Source of the DNA: Euglena gracilis
Taxonomy: Eukaryota
Length of the DNA: 64,000 bases
NCBI GenBank assembly: GCA_039621445.1
Contig: CP154954.1
Span: 372,001 to 436,000, forward strand
Reading direction: 5' to 3'
A program made the position numbers and the translations under genes. Below, piece after piece: positions 36,307 through 50,102 of the stretch. Every line of letters starts with the position of its first letter. Positions within the stretch are counted from its first letter, which is position 1. Under the pieces are notes generated by a model. The model was not told where the DNA came from. It worked only from the letters and a program-made list of their open reading frames with translations, and did not search any database.

Positions 36307-38977
36307 ATGATCAGAGTTCGCCCGAATGAAGTTACTAGGATAATTCGTCAACAGGTAAAGAAATATCGTCAAGAATTAAAAATTGTTAACGTAGGAACTG
36401 TGCTTCAAGTAGGGGACGGAATAGCTAGGATTTATGGGCTTGAAAAAGTGATGGCGGGCGAACTTGTAGAATTTGATGAAGGTACTATTGGAATTGCTTT
36501 GAATTTAGAGGCTGACAATGTTGGAGCCGTTTTAATGGGCGAAGCTACTAATTTAAAAGAAGGTGCTTCAGTTAAAACAACAGGAAAGATTGCTCAAATT
36601 CCTGTAGGTAGAGGTTTTTTAGGTCGAGTTGTTGATGCCTTGGCACGTCCTATAGATGGAAAAGGGGATATTGCATCATTTACAACACGATTAATAGAGT
36701 CTCCTGCTCCAGGTATTGTTTCAAGACGTTCAGTTCATGAACCTTTGCAAACAGGATTAATTGCGATAGATGCAATGATTCCAATAGGAAGAGGACAACG
36801 CGAACTTATTATTGGTGATCGCCAAACAGGCAAAACAGCTGTTGCTACAGATACGATTTTAAACCAAAAAGGACAAGGGGTTATTTGTGTTTACGTAGCT
36901 ATTGGACAGAAAGCGTCTTCTGTTTCACAAATAGTAACTACGTTAGAAAAACGTGGGGCTATGGAATATACAATAATAGTTGCAGAAAATGCGGATTCAT
37001 CTGCTACACTACAATATTTAGCTCCTTATACAGGTGCAGCTTTGGCGGAATATTTCAGTGCGGCATGTTGTCTTAAAACAAATTTTATAAAAAACATAAT
37101 TAAAAATTTTAAATCTCTTTTTTATTATAAGTAAATTATTAATTTTTATTCTTATAAATTTTTTATTTAAATTGTAATCTTCAATTATATTATACATTAA
37201 AGCATGAAGCAAAGTAGTTATATGGAAATAAAAAAGGTTATTTAAAATAGAATTATTGTCTTAAAATTGTTTTATTTGTCTGTAATATTATGCTTAATTT
37301 CATTATTGAATTATGAAATTATTTAATAATTTTTTAACAATTATTATAAACAAAAATCTTTTTATTAAAATAGAAAGAGAAACTTGTTAGGTTATAATTT
37401 TTTTCCCATTATATGGATTTTAGGTTAACAAAATGCTAAATATAAAATTATAAAAGCGAATTGAATTAATGTTAAAATTTTTAATTAATTAAAAAAATAA
37501 ACCCAAAATTTGATAACATTTGCAATTTCGTAAACAAAATATGACTTTATAATTTGTTTAAAAGAAATTATTCATATGATAGGAGCCGTATGAAGTAAAA
37601 GCTTCATGTACGTTTCTGAAAGGAAATATATTGAGTAATTATTATATTTACCAACGTGTATAATGGAAAACATACGTTAGTTATTTATGATGATCTTTCA
37701 TTGCGAGTTGTAAAAGTCTTATTGTTATTTTTTATACTAAAGAATATTTAGATGAAAGATTTATAAACATTAAAAACACAAAATTAAACGAACTAAGCTT
37801 TTATTAAAATTTTGTCAATAATTGAACTCTTATTTTTTGATTGTAAGTATTATTTAAGTAAAATTTTTTGAACACAAAAAACTAAAAATTTTATAATTTT
37901 TTGAAAGATAATATAATCGTAATTTACTAATGTTTTCTATTTTCTATAAAATTTTAATAATAATTCTTAAAAATAAGGGTATAACAACTAACAAAAATAT
38001 ATTGCTAAAAATAATATTTTTTATATTTATTCTTTGATATGAAAGTCTTTCAAGATTAGTTAATTTACAAATAAAAGAAAGTACTATTTAAAATTGTTTT
38101 TTGGATATTATTACTAGTAAACCTTGAAGAATTATTATTATTATTAACTAAAAATATTATTATTATAATTATTGATTTGAGCCGTGTGCACTAAAACTTG
38201 CATGCACGATTCTTTATGAAGAAATTGTTATATTTAAATTTTCTATCACGAAAACAAGCACAAGCTTATAGACAAATGTCATTATTACTACGTCGTCCAC
38301 CTGGACGCGAAGCATATCCGGGAGATGTATTCTATTTACATTCAAGATTATTAGAACGAGCAGCTAAATTAAGTGATGAATTAGGACAAGGAAGTATGAC
38401 AGCTTTACCAATTGTAGAAACTCAAGCAGGAGATGTTTCAGCATACATACCTACAAATGTTATTTCTATTACGGACGGACAAGTCTTTTTATCAGCCGAC
38501 ATATTTAATTCGGGGATTCGTCCAGCTATTAATGTAGGTATTTCCGTGTCAAGAGTTGGATCTGCTGCGCAGATAAAAGCTATGAAACAAGTAGCAGGAA
38601 AACTTAAATTAGAACTAGCTCAATTTGCAGAATTAGAGGCTTTTTCACAATTTGCGTCAGATTTAGATCAAGCTACACAAAATCAATTGGCTCGTGGTGC
38701 AAGATTAAGAGAATTATTAAAACAACCTCAAGCTTCACCATTGTCAGTAGCAGATCAAGTGGCAACAATATATACAGGTATTAATGGATACTTGGACGAT
38801 ATAAATCTTGAAGATGTTAGGGGATTCCTTATAGAATTACGAGAGCACATCAATAATGAAAAACCCACTTTTAAAGAAATAATAAATAAAACTAAAACTT
38901 TTACACAAGAGGCAGAATTATTACTTAAATTCACTATTATTGATTTAAAAAAAAAAAAAAAAAAAAGAATTAAATAA
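36307..38977 (+). CDS. atpA: ATP synthase CF1 alpha; exons 36307-37057, 37657-37700, 38252-38977
   Basis: Walker [52 protein letters not shown]. Confidence 0.97.
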
Positions 38978-39162
38978 CTCGATATTAGTTATAATAGTAA
39001 AAATATGCCAATAATATCTATGTATTTGCCCGAATAAATGAAAAACTTTAAAAAATTCAGTAAATAAAAAACAAAATTTTTCCCTTAATAATGGGAACAA
39101 ATTTAATAAATTTTAACTAAATTTATATTAAATTTATTTATGTTATAAGATGTTTTAACTTT

Positions 39163-39891
39163 ATGAAATTTGTGATTGTACTTTTAAATAAATTAAAATA
39201 AAATATTATAAAATAAAATTATTTTTAATATAAATCTTAACAAAATTTTAGAAAGAATTTTTATCATATACCCAGCACTTATTGATTATAAAAATGTTAA
39301 TATTCTTAGAAGATTCATAAACTTTCAAGGTAAAATAATTCCAAAACGATTAAACAAACCTAAATTAACATATAAACAGCACCGTCTTCTAAGAAAATCT
39401 TTTTGATTTTATTTAAAATATTAAAAAAATTAAAATGACAATAATATCAATAATCAAACAATAAAAAATTTTTTTGTCTTTCTAAGAAAAAACATATTAT
39501 GTTTTCACGTTAAAATTATTAAAAAATAGTAAAAATAATAGTGACATTAAAACAATAAAATTGAGTATTCCACAAAAATTTTAAAAACAAATACATATTT
39601 TTTATAAAATTCTTTATATTTTGAAAAACATTTAGTTATTTTTAATATAAATTTGTAAAATGATTGTTCTTATTTTTTAAAAATTACAAAATTGTAAGAT
39701 TAAAAATTTTAATTAAAAATAAAATAATTTAAATTATTTAATTAAAAATTAAAATTATTTTCTTTAGTAGATTAAAATATACGCATTTTAAAGATTAATA
39801 TTATGACTACATTTTAATAAAAGTATATTCAAAAGTTAAACAAGCACGCTATTTAGGCTTACTTCCTTTTAAAACTAAAGATTTTTTTTAA
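39163..39891 (+). CDS. rps18: Ribosomal protein S18; ~100-nt intron after codon 2 and 434-nt intron 39401-39834
   Basis: [23 protein letters not shown]...KQHRLLRKS / [12 protein letters not shown]. Confidence 0.9.
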
Positions 39892-39919
39892 TATTCTTTA
39901 GTTTTAATACTTCAAATTT

Positions 39920-40051
<132 letters not shown>

Positions 40052-40146
40052 CTAAATAAAATTTACCTTTCAATTTCATACAAATACGTTCATTAAATCT
40101 ATAACGATTTTTGTAAATTTATTATAAATAATAAAGAAAACCTTAT

Positions 40147-40220
40147 CGGGATGTAGCGCAGTTTGGTAGCGCATTGCATTTGGGATGCAAGGGTCGCAGG
40201 TTCGAATCCTGTCATCCCGA
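40147..40220 (+). tRNA. trnP: tRNA-Pro(UGG)
   Basis: Cloverleaf, loop TTTGGGA. Confidence 0.95.
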
Positions 40221-40230
40221 AAAACAGAAA

Positions 40231-40315
40231 GGAGAGGTGTCTGAGTGGTTTAAAGTACTGGTCTTGAAAACCAGCGTAGTTTTTGCTACCGAGGGTTCGA
40301 ATCCCTCCTTCTCCG
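40231..40315 (+). tRNA. trnS: tRNA-Ser(UGA)
   Basis: Cloverleaf, loop CTTGAAA, long variable arm. Confidence 0.95.
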
Positions 40316-40428
40316 AATTAAAATGAAAATTAAAATAAATTTGACGTTTTTAATACAAATCACAATATTTTATTATAAATAATATAAAATTATTTTGATC
40401 TTAATTTAAATTTAAATATTAAAAAAAT

Positions 40429-41198
40429 TTATGCATTAGTTAAAGTAACTAAATTAGAAGATTGCAATGCTTTGATAAATGCATTGAAAGGTGTAACACT
40501 TCCATCTGTAGTCAGATCAAAAATCATATAATTATCAAAAATTCATCTTTTTCTATAATTAAATTTAATCTTTTAATAGGCTTTTGAAAACTGGCTTTTT
40601 TTGCTTCTATTTTTAATAAAATTTTTAAAGTAATATTAAAGGAAATTTTAGTAAACAATAATTCTCGTGAATTTAGTAGTTTTAAATGAGGAGGAAATAT
40701 TATATCTCCTGATAAAAAATCTTTCACTTCAAAAGCATTTAAAACAGCAAAAAATTTATTACCTTGGTAGGATTTTGAACATAATTTAAAACGTAGAAGT
40801 TTGAATTTTTTAGTTATTTCGAGTAAACTTTGTTTTAACTCTTCTAAACCTAAAAAGTTGTGAACAACATGAAAAGTACTAGTATTTTTTAAATTATTTG
40901 TGACAAAGAACATAACATTTGTAATGTTCCAACTCTCAAAAAAATAGATCTTAATCTTTCAATTATAACGAATATTTATATAAATTTTTTATTAGGAAAA
41001 ATTTATTTCTTTTATTAACAATCTTAAAATATTGTAAATTTAATTAAATTATCTAAACAAATCTAGTAATAAATACCTTCTAATTTCAGTAACAAAAAAG
41101 TTTTTATCAAAAAATTGTAGATTTTTTACTTTAAAAAAAGCCAAATTACCATCTTTTAATAGCCTACTTCTTAAAACATATATTTTTAAATATTTCAT
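40429..41198 (-). CDS. rpoA: Divergent RNA polymerase alpha subunit (frameshifted near 40540 in this copy)
   Basis: Mirror of 47884..48654. Confidence 0.7.
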
Positions 41199-41363
41199 AA
41201 AAGATTCATAATAAATAATTACGTTCTATAAAAAAAGAAAAAAAATAATTTTTGTTAAAATTAATAAGGATTTATTGTTAAACAAAACATAATTTTTTAA
41301 ATTAATTTAAACTATATTCTTAGATCAAAATTCATCAAAAATAAAAAAAAGAAAAAATATGAA

Positions 41364-41561
41364 TTATAAGAAAATACCATCCAATATTCCTATTAAAAAA
41401 ACTAAAAAAAACCAGAAGCGACACGCCAACCAAATACGAGATTTGTTATTTTCCCATCCTTTAGGAGAAGCAAAAATAACTGGCAGCGTAAGAACCAATA
41501 TAAAAGAGAAAATAATTAGAGCTAAAACTAAAGCTTGAAACGTAAATGTAAATAAAAGCAT
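41364..41561 (-). CDS. psbZ: Photosystem II protein Z (ycf9)
   Basis: FQALVLALIIFSFILVLTLPVIFASPKGWENNK. Confidence 0.95.
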   Translation of the reverse strand: MLLFTFTFQALVLALIIFSFILVLTLPVIFASPKGWENNKSRIWLACRFWFFLVFLIGILDGIFL

Positions 41562-41749
41562 AATAACTAAAAGTTAAACATTTTACACTTAAACCAAATA
41601 TAAAAAACTAAAATATATACTAAATCACTTTTATAAAAAAGAATTGTACTTCTTTTATACAATTTTTAAAAATAATTAAAAAATCAATAAAGAAAACAAC
41701 TAATAATTATAGAATAAATAAAAATATTATTTAAAGGTTATGTATAAAC

Positions 41750-42249
41750 TTATTTAATAATTATTGAAGCTCCTGCTTCTTCTAGAAGTTTTTTAGTTTC
41801 TTCTGCTACTTCTTTTGATACAGCCTCACATACAACCTTTGGAACAGATTCAATAAGATCTTTAGCTTCTTTAAGACCTAATGTTGTTAAACTACGGACA
41901 GTTTTAATAACATTAATTCTTTTTGCACTTGGAACTTCTTGGATGATAACATCAAATTCAGTTTTTTCCTCCACTACAGTTTCATCCGCTTTTGAAGGTA
42001 AAATTGATGGATTCGTATTACTAGCTGACAAAGCAATAGTAGCATCAACACCGAAGGTATTTTCAAAAAAGTAATAATATTCTAAATTATAAAAAATAAA
42101 AAATATTATTTTATGTAAAATATAATAATAAAAGCTAAAAAAAATAAAATTTTTTTACAAAACCCCAAAATTTGTTTAACTAGCTCGTAAGCTTCTAGTA
42201 AAGTAATTTTTTTAAGTCTTTCTAAAATTTCATCTGTTTCTGTTGACAT
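41750..42249 (-). CDS. rpl12: Ribosomal protein L12, one group III intron
   Basis: Mirror of 46832..47331. Confidence 0.93.
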
Positions 42250-42344
42250 AATAAAAATAATTCTTCAATAAAAAAAATAAAATTTTTCTACAAAAATTTT
42301 TACATATACCTATTAAGAAGTTATTCTTAAAAAATAAGAAGATT

Positions 42345-44047
42345 CTATCTTTTTGAGAATTGTGGCGCTTTGCGCGCTTTTTTCAAACCGTATTAATAAA
42401 CTAGAAAAAAGTTCTGTTACAAAACTAAACATCTTTTTTATTTCATTAAAAAATGTAAGATTAAGCTTTTGAAATAGATGATACTATTTTCTTTTTTTTA
42501 ATTAATAATCTATTGTTAGAGATTGTAACGATTATACAAAACTATACTTTCCCTATTATTAAAATAAAATTGTTTTTAAAATTAAAAAGAAATTATATAA
42601 TATAAACAACTATTTTTTATAAAATGAATAATAATTAATGAAAAATTACATATTTGAATTAACTTTATAGTAAATAGTGTTACAAAGTTAATACAAAAAA
42701 ATAATAGGACTTAAATATACAAACTTCTTCTTTCTTTACACAAAGAATTTCGTGTTAAAAAACCGTTCACTTTCAGTTTTTTTTTGTCTTCCTTTTCTAT
42801 AAAAACGCTTAATGATTTTGATATAGCAAGTTTTTTTACATAAAATAAAATTTCTACAATATAAAACAAAAATATAATCTTTAATTTTTTTAAATTTTTG
42901 GTATTACTCGGTCATAACGCTTAAAAATCATAAAATGGCATCTGCTTGACCAGAAAGGCCTCCTCCTTTTACATAAGCATGAACTTTATAATTATTAATG
43001 TTAAGAAGTTCGAACGGACTACAATAGAATAAAAATATAACTTTCTAATTTTTAAAACAAAAAAAATGTTTTGCAATAGAAAAAACTAAACTAATTAAAA
43101 AATACAAATAAAACACAAATACAACTTTCAACGTTATTTAGATTGTAAATACTTGAAAAAATATATAAAAAAATAGTTTATTAAACAAACAAAAATTAAA
43201 AATAACATTTTAAAAATTCTTTTTCTCAACGAAGGTTATTAGTTGATAGAAAATAAAATTGATAAATTATTTCCCTCAAAAGAACTGGACAAACATCAAT
43301 AAATGTATCCAGCTCATAAAAAGTTTATTAAAATAAAATAGAATAACTTTCATAAATACTTCCTTAATTAAAATTTTATGAACAATAAAGATAATTTATA
43401 ACAATGTTTAATAATCTATCATTTACTTTTTTATATTTGTATATCATAATTTAAAGAAAGTCTTTCGAATAAAATATAAAAATTATAAAAAAATTTAGTT
43501 CTTACGTCTAAGGTAAATTTGAATATTTTGATTTCAAATTAAAAAGAATTTCTATCCAAGAAGTATATTAGTATATTAATATGTGCAACTATATTAATAT
43601 CGATTTAACTTTATTAAAAATTTCAACTGTTATCTTAAACTTAATTTAAATTCAATTATTAACTCGAAATTTATCATCTTTAGGATTAAATTAAAAAATA
43701 ATAAATCTATTAAATGCTTAAAAATTATTAAATAAAAATCAATAATAAAATTTAAATAAACGAGATTATTTTTTTTCCCTTAACTTGGAAATGTTAAATA
43801 AAGACTTTTAGAACTCGCAACTGCAAATAGTTAAAAGCTTTTTCTCCATTAATCAAAATTTCACCACCACCATCTTTAGGAAGGAAGAGAATTATTTTGG
43901 CAATAGAAGATTTTCTAGTTAAATAAAAAATTTTTAAAAAAATTAAATTAAAAAAATTATATGATTCATAATAAATCTAAAATAAATATAAAAAATTTTT
44001 TAAGAAATCCATAACTTACCTATTACTTCAATAGAATTTAATTTCAT
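42345..44047 (-). CDS. rps9: Ribosomal protein S9, seven exons
   Basis: Mirror of 45031..46733. Confidence 0.88.
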
Positions 44048-44158
44048 AAAAATAACTAAAAATAAATTTAACAATAAACAAAATTCTATATTAAAAAATT
44101 TTTTTAATAAAATATAAATATGTCCTTTGAAATTTCCTATCTCAAAGAAAAACCTTAT

Positions 44159-44332
<174 letters not shown>

Positions 44333-44520
44333 CAACTGAGGCCAACAGGAGAAGCGGCGGCAAAGAGCGGGAAAAGCTGAAGAAAAACAGACAGCGCAGA
44401 GTGGTGAAAAGTAACAAGGGACCGGAGAAAAAGAATAAGGAAATAAACAAATTCTGCGAGCAGATAGATGACAAAGCGAAAAACTGGATGCGAAGTGTAT
44501 AAAAGAAAGGAGTTAAAAAA

Positions 44521-44562
44521 ATCGCTCGCTCTGTTCCCTCGCCGGGGGGGGGGGCGAGAGAT
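44521..44562 (+). other. Corrupted PacBio SMRTbell hairpin adapter (technical sequence)
   Basis: ATCGCTCGCTCTGTTCCCTCGCCGGGGGGGGGGGCGAGAGAT versus adapter ATCTCTCTCTTTTCCTCCTCCTCCGTTGTTGTTGTTGAGAGAGAT with T->G errors; lies on the palindrome axis. Confidence 0.85.
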
Positions 44563-44733
44563 AGAGTGAATGTGAGACTGTCATTTTATAAAATTATTAA
44601 TCAAGTTTTTCGATTGATATATCTGATAATAGAATTTTTTTATTTAATTTTATTTTTATCAGGTATTGTTCCTTTTAAAAATATGAGCTGTATGTTTTTA
44701 TTAAGCTTTTACAGATCTTTGAGAAGATTATAA

Positions 44734-44919
<186 letters not shown>

Positions 44920-45030
44920 ATAAGGTTTTTCTTTGAGATAGGAAATTTCAAAGGACATATTTATATTTTATTAAAAAAATTTTTTAATATAGAATTTTGT
45001 TTATTGTTAAATTTATTTTTAGTTATTTTT

Positions 45031-46733
45031 ATGAAATTAAATTCTATTGAAGTAATAGGTAAGTTATGGATTTCTTAAAAAATTTTTTATATTTATTTTA
45101 GATTTATTATGAATCATATAATTTTTTTAATTTAATTTTTTTAAAAATTTTTTATTTAACTAGAAAATCTTCTATTGCCAAAATAATTCTCTTCCTTCCT
45201 AAAGATGGTGGTGGTGAAATTTTGATTAATGGAGAAAAAGCTTTTAACTATTTGCAGTTGCGAGTTCTAAAAGTCTTTATTTAACATTTCCAAGTTAAGG
45301 GAAAAAAAATAATCTCGTTTATTTAAATTTTATTATTGATTTTTATTTAATAATTTTTAAGCATTTAATAGATTTATTATTTTTTAATTTAATCCTAAAG
45401 ATGATAAATTTCGAGTTAATAATTGAATTTAAATTAAGTTTAAGATAACAGTTGAAATTTTTAATAAAGTTAAATCGATATTAATATAGTTGCACATATT
45501 AATATACTAATATACTTCTTGGATAGAAATTCTTTTTAATTTGAAATCAAAATATTCAAATTTACCTTAGACGTAAGAACTAAATTTTTTTATAATTTTT
45601 ATATTTTATTCGAAAGACTTTCTTTAAATTATGATATACAAATATAAAAAAGTAAATGATAGATTATTAAACATTGTTATAAATTATCTTTATTGTTCAT
45701 AAAATTTTAATTAAGGAAGTATTTATGAAAGTTATTCTATTTTATTTTAATAAACTTTTTATGAGCTGGATACATTTATTGATGTTTGTCCAGTTCTTTT
45801 GAGGGAAATAATTTATCAATTTTATTTTCTATCAACTAATAACCTTCGTTGAGAAAAAGAATTTTTAAAATGTTATTTTTAATTTTTGTTTGTTTAATAA
45901 ACTATTTTTTTATATATTTTTTCAAGTATTTACAATCTAAATAACGTTGAAAGTTGTATTTGTGTTTTATTTGTATTTTTTAATTAGTTTATTTTTTTTT
46001 ATTGCAAAACATTTTTTTTGTTTTAAAAATTAGAAAGTTATATTTTTATTCTATTGTAGTCCGTTCGAACTTCTTAACATTAATAATTATAAAGTTCATG
46101 CTTATGTAAAAGGAGGAGGCCTTTCTGGTCAAGCAGATGCCATTTTATGATTTTTAAGCGTTATGACCGAGTAATACCAAAAATTTAAAAAAATTAAAGA
46201 TTATATTTTTGTTTTATATTGTAGAAATTTTATTTTATGTAAAAAAACTTGCTATATCAAAATCATTAAGCGTTTTTATAGAAAAGGAAGACAAAAAAAA
46301 ACTGAAAGTGAACGGTTTTTTAACACGAAATTCTTTGTGTAAAGAAAGAAGAAGTTTGTATATTTAAGTCCTATTATTTTTTTGTATTAACTTTGTAACA
46401 CTATTTACTATAAAGTTAATTCAAATATGTAATTTTTCATTAATTATTATTCATTTTATAAAAAATAGTTGTTTATATTATATAATTTCTTTTTAATTTT
46501 AAAAACAATTTTATTTTAATAATAGGGAAAGTATAGTTTTGTATAATCGTTACAATCTCTAACAATAGATTATTAATTAAAAAAAAGAAAATAGTATCAT
46601 CTATTTCAAAAGCTTAATCTTACATTTTTTAATGAAATAAAAAAGATGTTTAGTTTTGTAACAGAACTTTTTTCTAGTTTATTAATACGGTTTGAAAAAA
46701 GCGCGCAAAGCGCCACAATTCTCAAAAAGATAG
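45031..46733 (+). CDS. rps9: Ribosomal protein S9, seven exons
   Basis: IGK/RKSSIAK...ILING; VKGGGLSGQADAI/KLAISK; GFLTRN...KERRK/YGLKKARKAPQFSKR*. Confidence 0.9.
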
Positions 46734-46831
46734 AATCTTCTTATTTTTTAAGAATAACTTCTTAATAGGTATATGTAAAAATTTTTGTAGAAAAATTTTA
46801 TTTTTTTTATTATTGAAGAATTATTTTTATT

Positions 46832-47331
46832 ATGTCAACAGAAACAGATGAAATTTTAGAAAGACTTAAAAAAATTACTTTACTAGAAGCTTACGAGCTA
46901 GTTAAACAAATTTTGGGGTTTTGTAAAAAAATTTTATTTTTTTTAGCTTTTATTATTATATTTTACATAAAATAATATTTTTTATTTTTTATGATTTAGA
47001 ATATTATTACTTTTTTGAAAATACCTTCGGTGTTGATGCTACTATTGCTTTGTCAGCTAGTAATACGAATCCATCAATTTTACCTTCAAAAGCGGATGAA
47101 ACTGTAGTGGAGGAAAAAACTGAATTTGATGTTATCATCCAAGAAGTTCCAAGTGCAAAAAGAATTAATGTTATTAAAACTGTCCGTAGTTTAACAACAT
47201 TAGGTCTTAAAGAAGCTAAAGATCTTATTGAATCTGTTCCAAAGGTTGTATGTGAGGCTGTATCAAAAGAAGTAGCAGAAGAAACTAAAAAACTTCTAGA
47301 AGAAGCAGGAGCTTCAATAATTATTAAATAA
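46832..47331 (+). CDS. rpl12: Ribosomal protein L12, one group III intron (~46912-47015)
   Basis: [27 protein letters not shown] / ENTFGVDA...EEKTEFDV...[12 protein letters not shown]. Confidence 0.94.
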
Positions 47332-47520
47332 GTTTATACATAACCTTTAAATAATATTTTTATTTATTCTATAATTATTAGTTGTTTTCTTTATTGATTT
47401 TTTTAATTATTTTTATTTTTTTTTTAAAAGAAGTACAATTCTTTTTTATAAAAGTGATTTAGTATATATTTTAGTTTTTTATATTTGGTTTAAGTGTAAA
47501 ATGTTTAACTTTTAGTTATT

Positions 47521-47718
47521 ATGCTTTTATTTACATTTACGTTTCAAGCTTTAGTTTTAGCTCTAATTATTTTCTCTTTTATATTGGTTCTTACGCTGCC
47601 AGTTATTTTTGCTTCTCCTAAAGGATGGGAAAATAACAAATCTCGTATTTGGTTGGCGTGTCGCTTCTGGTTTTTTTTAGTTTTTTTAATAGGAATATTG
47701 GATGGTATTTTCTTATAA
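47521..47718 (+). CDS. psbZ: Photosystem II protein Z, mirror
   Basis: Identical ORF. Confidence 0.95.
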   Translation: MLLFTFTFQALVLALIIFSFILVLTLPVIFASPKGWENNKSRIWLACRFWFFLVFLIGILDGIFL

Positions 47719-47883
47719 TTCATATTTTTTCTTTTTTTTATTTTTGATGAATTTTGATCTAAGAATATAGTTTAAATTAATTTAAAAAATTATGTTTTGT
47801 TTAACAATAAATCCTTATTAATTTTAACAAAAATTATTTTTTTTCTTTTTTTATAGAACGTAATTATTTATTATGAATCTTTT

Positions 47884-48654
47884 ATGAAATATTTAAAAAT
47901 ATATGTTTTAAGAAGTAGGCTATTAAAAGATGGTAATTTGGCTTTTTTTAAAGTAAAAAATCTACAATTTTTTGATAAAAACTTTTTTGTTACTGAAATT
48001 AGAAGGTATTTATTACTAGATTTGTTTAGATAATTTAATTAAATTTACAATATTTTAAGATTGTTAATAAAAGAAATAAATTTTTCCTAATAAAAAATTT
48101 ATATAAATATTCGTTATAATTGAAAGATTAAGATCTATTTTTTTGAGAGTTGGAACATTACAAATGTTATGTTCTTTGTCACAAATAATTTAAAAAATAC
48201 TAGTACTTTTCATGTTGTTCACAACTTTTTAGGTTTAGAAGAGTTAAAACAAAGTTTACTCGAAATAACTAAAAAATTCAAACTTCTACGTTTTAAATTA
48301 TGTTCAAAATCCTACCAAGGTAATAAATTTTTTGCTGTTTTAAATGCTTTTGAAGTGAAAGATTTTTTATCAGGAGATATAATATTTCCTCCTCATTTAA
48401 AACTACTAAATTCACGAGAATTATTGTTTACTAAAATTTCCTTTAATATTACTTTAAAAATTTTATTAAAAATAGAAGCAAAAAAAGCCAGTTTTCAAAA
48501 GCCTATTAAAAGATTAAATTTAATTATAGAAAAAGATGAATTTTTTGATAATTATATGATTTTTGATCTGACTACAGATGGAAGTGTTACACCTTTCAAT
48601 GCATTTATCAAAGCATTGCAATCTTCTAATTTAGTTACTTTAACTAATGCATAA
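47884..48654 (+). CDS. rpoA: Highly divergent RNA polymerase alpha subunit, one small intron (~48020-48145)
   Basis: Exon 1 ends TEIRRYLL (cf. nalRRxLL); exon 2 has DIIFPPHLKLLN and DYMIFDLTTDGSVTP-like motif (cf. lei.TnGsi.P). Confidence 0.75.
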
Positions 48655-48763
48655 ATTTTTTTAATATTTAAATTTAAATTAAGATCAAAATAATTTTATA
48701 TTTTATAATAAAATTGTGATTTGTATTAAAAACGTCAAATTTATTTTAATTTTCATTTTAATT

Positions 48764-48848
48764 CGGAGAAGGAGGGATTCGAACCCTCGGTAGCAAAAAC
48801 TACGCTGGTTTTCAAGACCAGTACTTTAAACCACTCAGACACCTCTCC
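48764..48848 (-). tRNA. trnS: tRNA-Ser(UGA), mirror
   Basis: Reverse complement of 40231..40315. Confidence 0.93.
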
Positions 48849-48858
48849 TTTCTGTTTT

Positions 48859-48932
48859 TCGGGATGACAGGATTCGAACCTGCGACCCTTGCATCCCAAA
48901 TGCAATGCGCTACCAAACTGCGCTACATCCCG
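48859..48932 (-). tRNA. trnP: tRNA-Pro(UGG), mirror
   Basis: Reverse complement of 40147..40220. Confidence 0.93.
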
Positions 48933-49027
48933 ATAAGGTTTTCTTTATTATTTATAATAAATTTACAAAAATCGTTATAGATTTAATGAACGTATTTGTA
49001 TGAAATTGAAAGGTAAATTTTATTTAG

Positions 49028-49159
<132 letters not shown>

Positions 49160-49187
49160 AAATTTGAAGTATTAAAACTAAAGAATA

Positions 49188-49917
49188 TTAAAAAAAATCT
49201 TTAGTTTTAAAAGGAAGTAAGCCTAAATAGCGTGCTTGTTTAACTTTTGAATATACTTTTATTAAAATGTAGTCATAATATTAATCTTTAAAATGCGTAT
49301 ATTTTAATCTACTAAAGAAAATAATTTTAATTTTTAATTAAATAATTTAAATTATTTTATTTTTAATTAAAATTTTTAATCTTACAATTTTGTAATTTTT
49401 AAAAAATAAGAACAATCATTTTACAAATTTATATTAAAAATAACTAAATGTTTTTCAAAATATAAAGAATTTTATAAAAAATATGTATTTGTTTTTAAAA
49501 TTTTTGTGGAATACTCAATTTTATTGTTTTAATGTCACTATTATTTTTACTATTTTTTAATAATTTTAACGTGAAAACATAATATGTTTTTTCTTAGAAA
49601 GACAAAAAAATTTTTTATTGTTTGATTATTGATATTATTGTCATTTTAATTTTTTTAATATTTTAAATAAAATCAAAAAGATTTTCTTAGAAGACGGTGC
49701 TGTTTATATGTTAATTTAGGTTTGTTTAATCGTTTTGGAATTATTTTACCTTGAAAGTTTATGAATCTTCTAAGAATATTAACATTTTTATAATCAATAA
49801 GTGCTGGGTATATGATAAAAATTCTTTCTAAAATTTTGTTAAGATTTATATTAAAAATAATTTTATTTTATAATATTTTTATTTTAATTTATTTAAAAGT
49901 ACAATCACAAATTTCAT
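49188..49917 (-). CDS. rps18: Ribosomal protein S18, mirror
   Basis: Reverse complement of 39163..39891. Confidence 0.88.
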
Positions 49918-50102
49918 AAAGTTAAAACATCTTATAACATAAATAAATTTAATATAAATTTAGTTAAAATTTATTAAATTTGTTCCCATTATTAAGGGAA
50001 AAATTTTGTTTTTTATTTACTGAATTTTTTAAAGTTTTTCATTTATTCGGGCAAATACATAGATATTATTGGCATATTTTTACTATTATAACTAATATCG
50101 AG

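Noticed and set aside
44543-44554. Poly-G tract as a G-quadruplex or origin element
   Set aside because: Explained as the adapter GTTGTTGTTGTT segment with T->G miscalls
46354-46683. 330-nt last rps9 intron as a triple group III twintron
   Set aside because: It has a plausible degenerate domain V (AAAGCTTAATCTT...AAGATGTTTAGTTT) near the 3' end, so a short group II intron is the simpler reading; not decidable by eye
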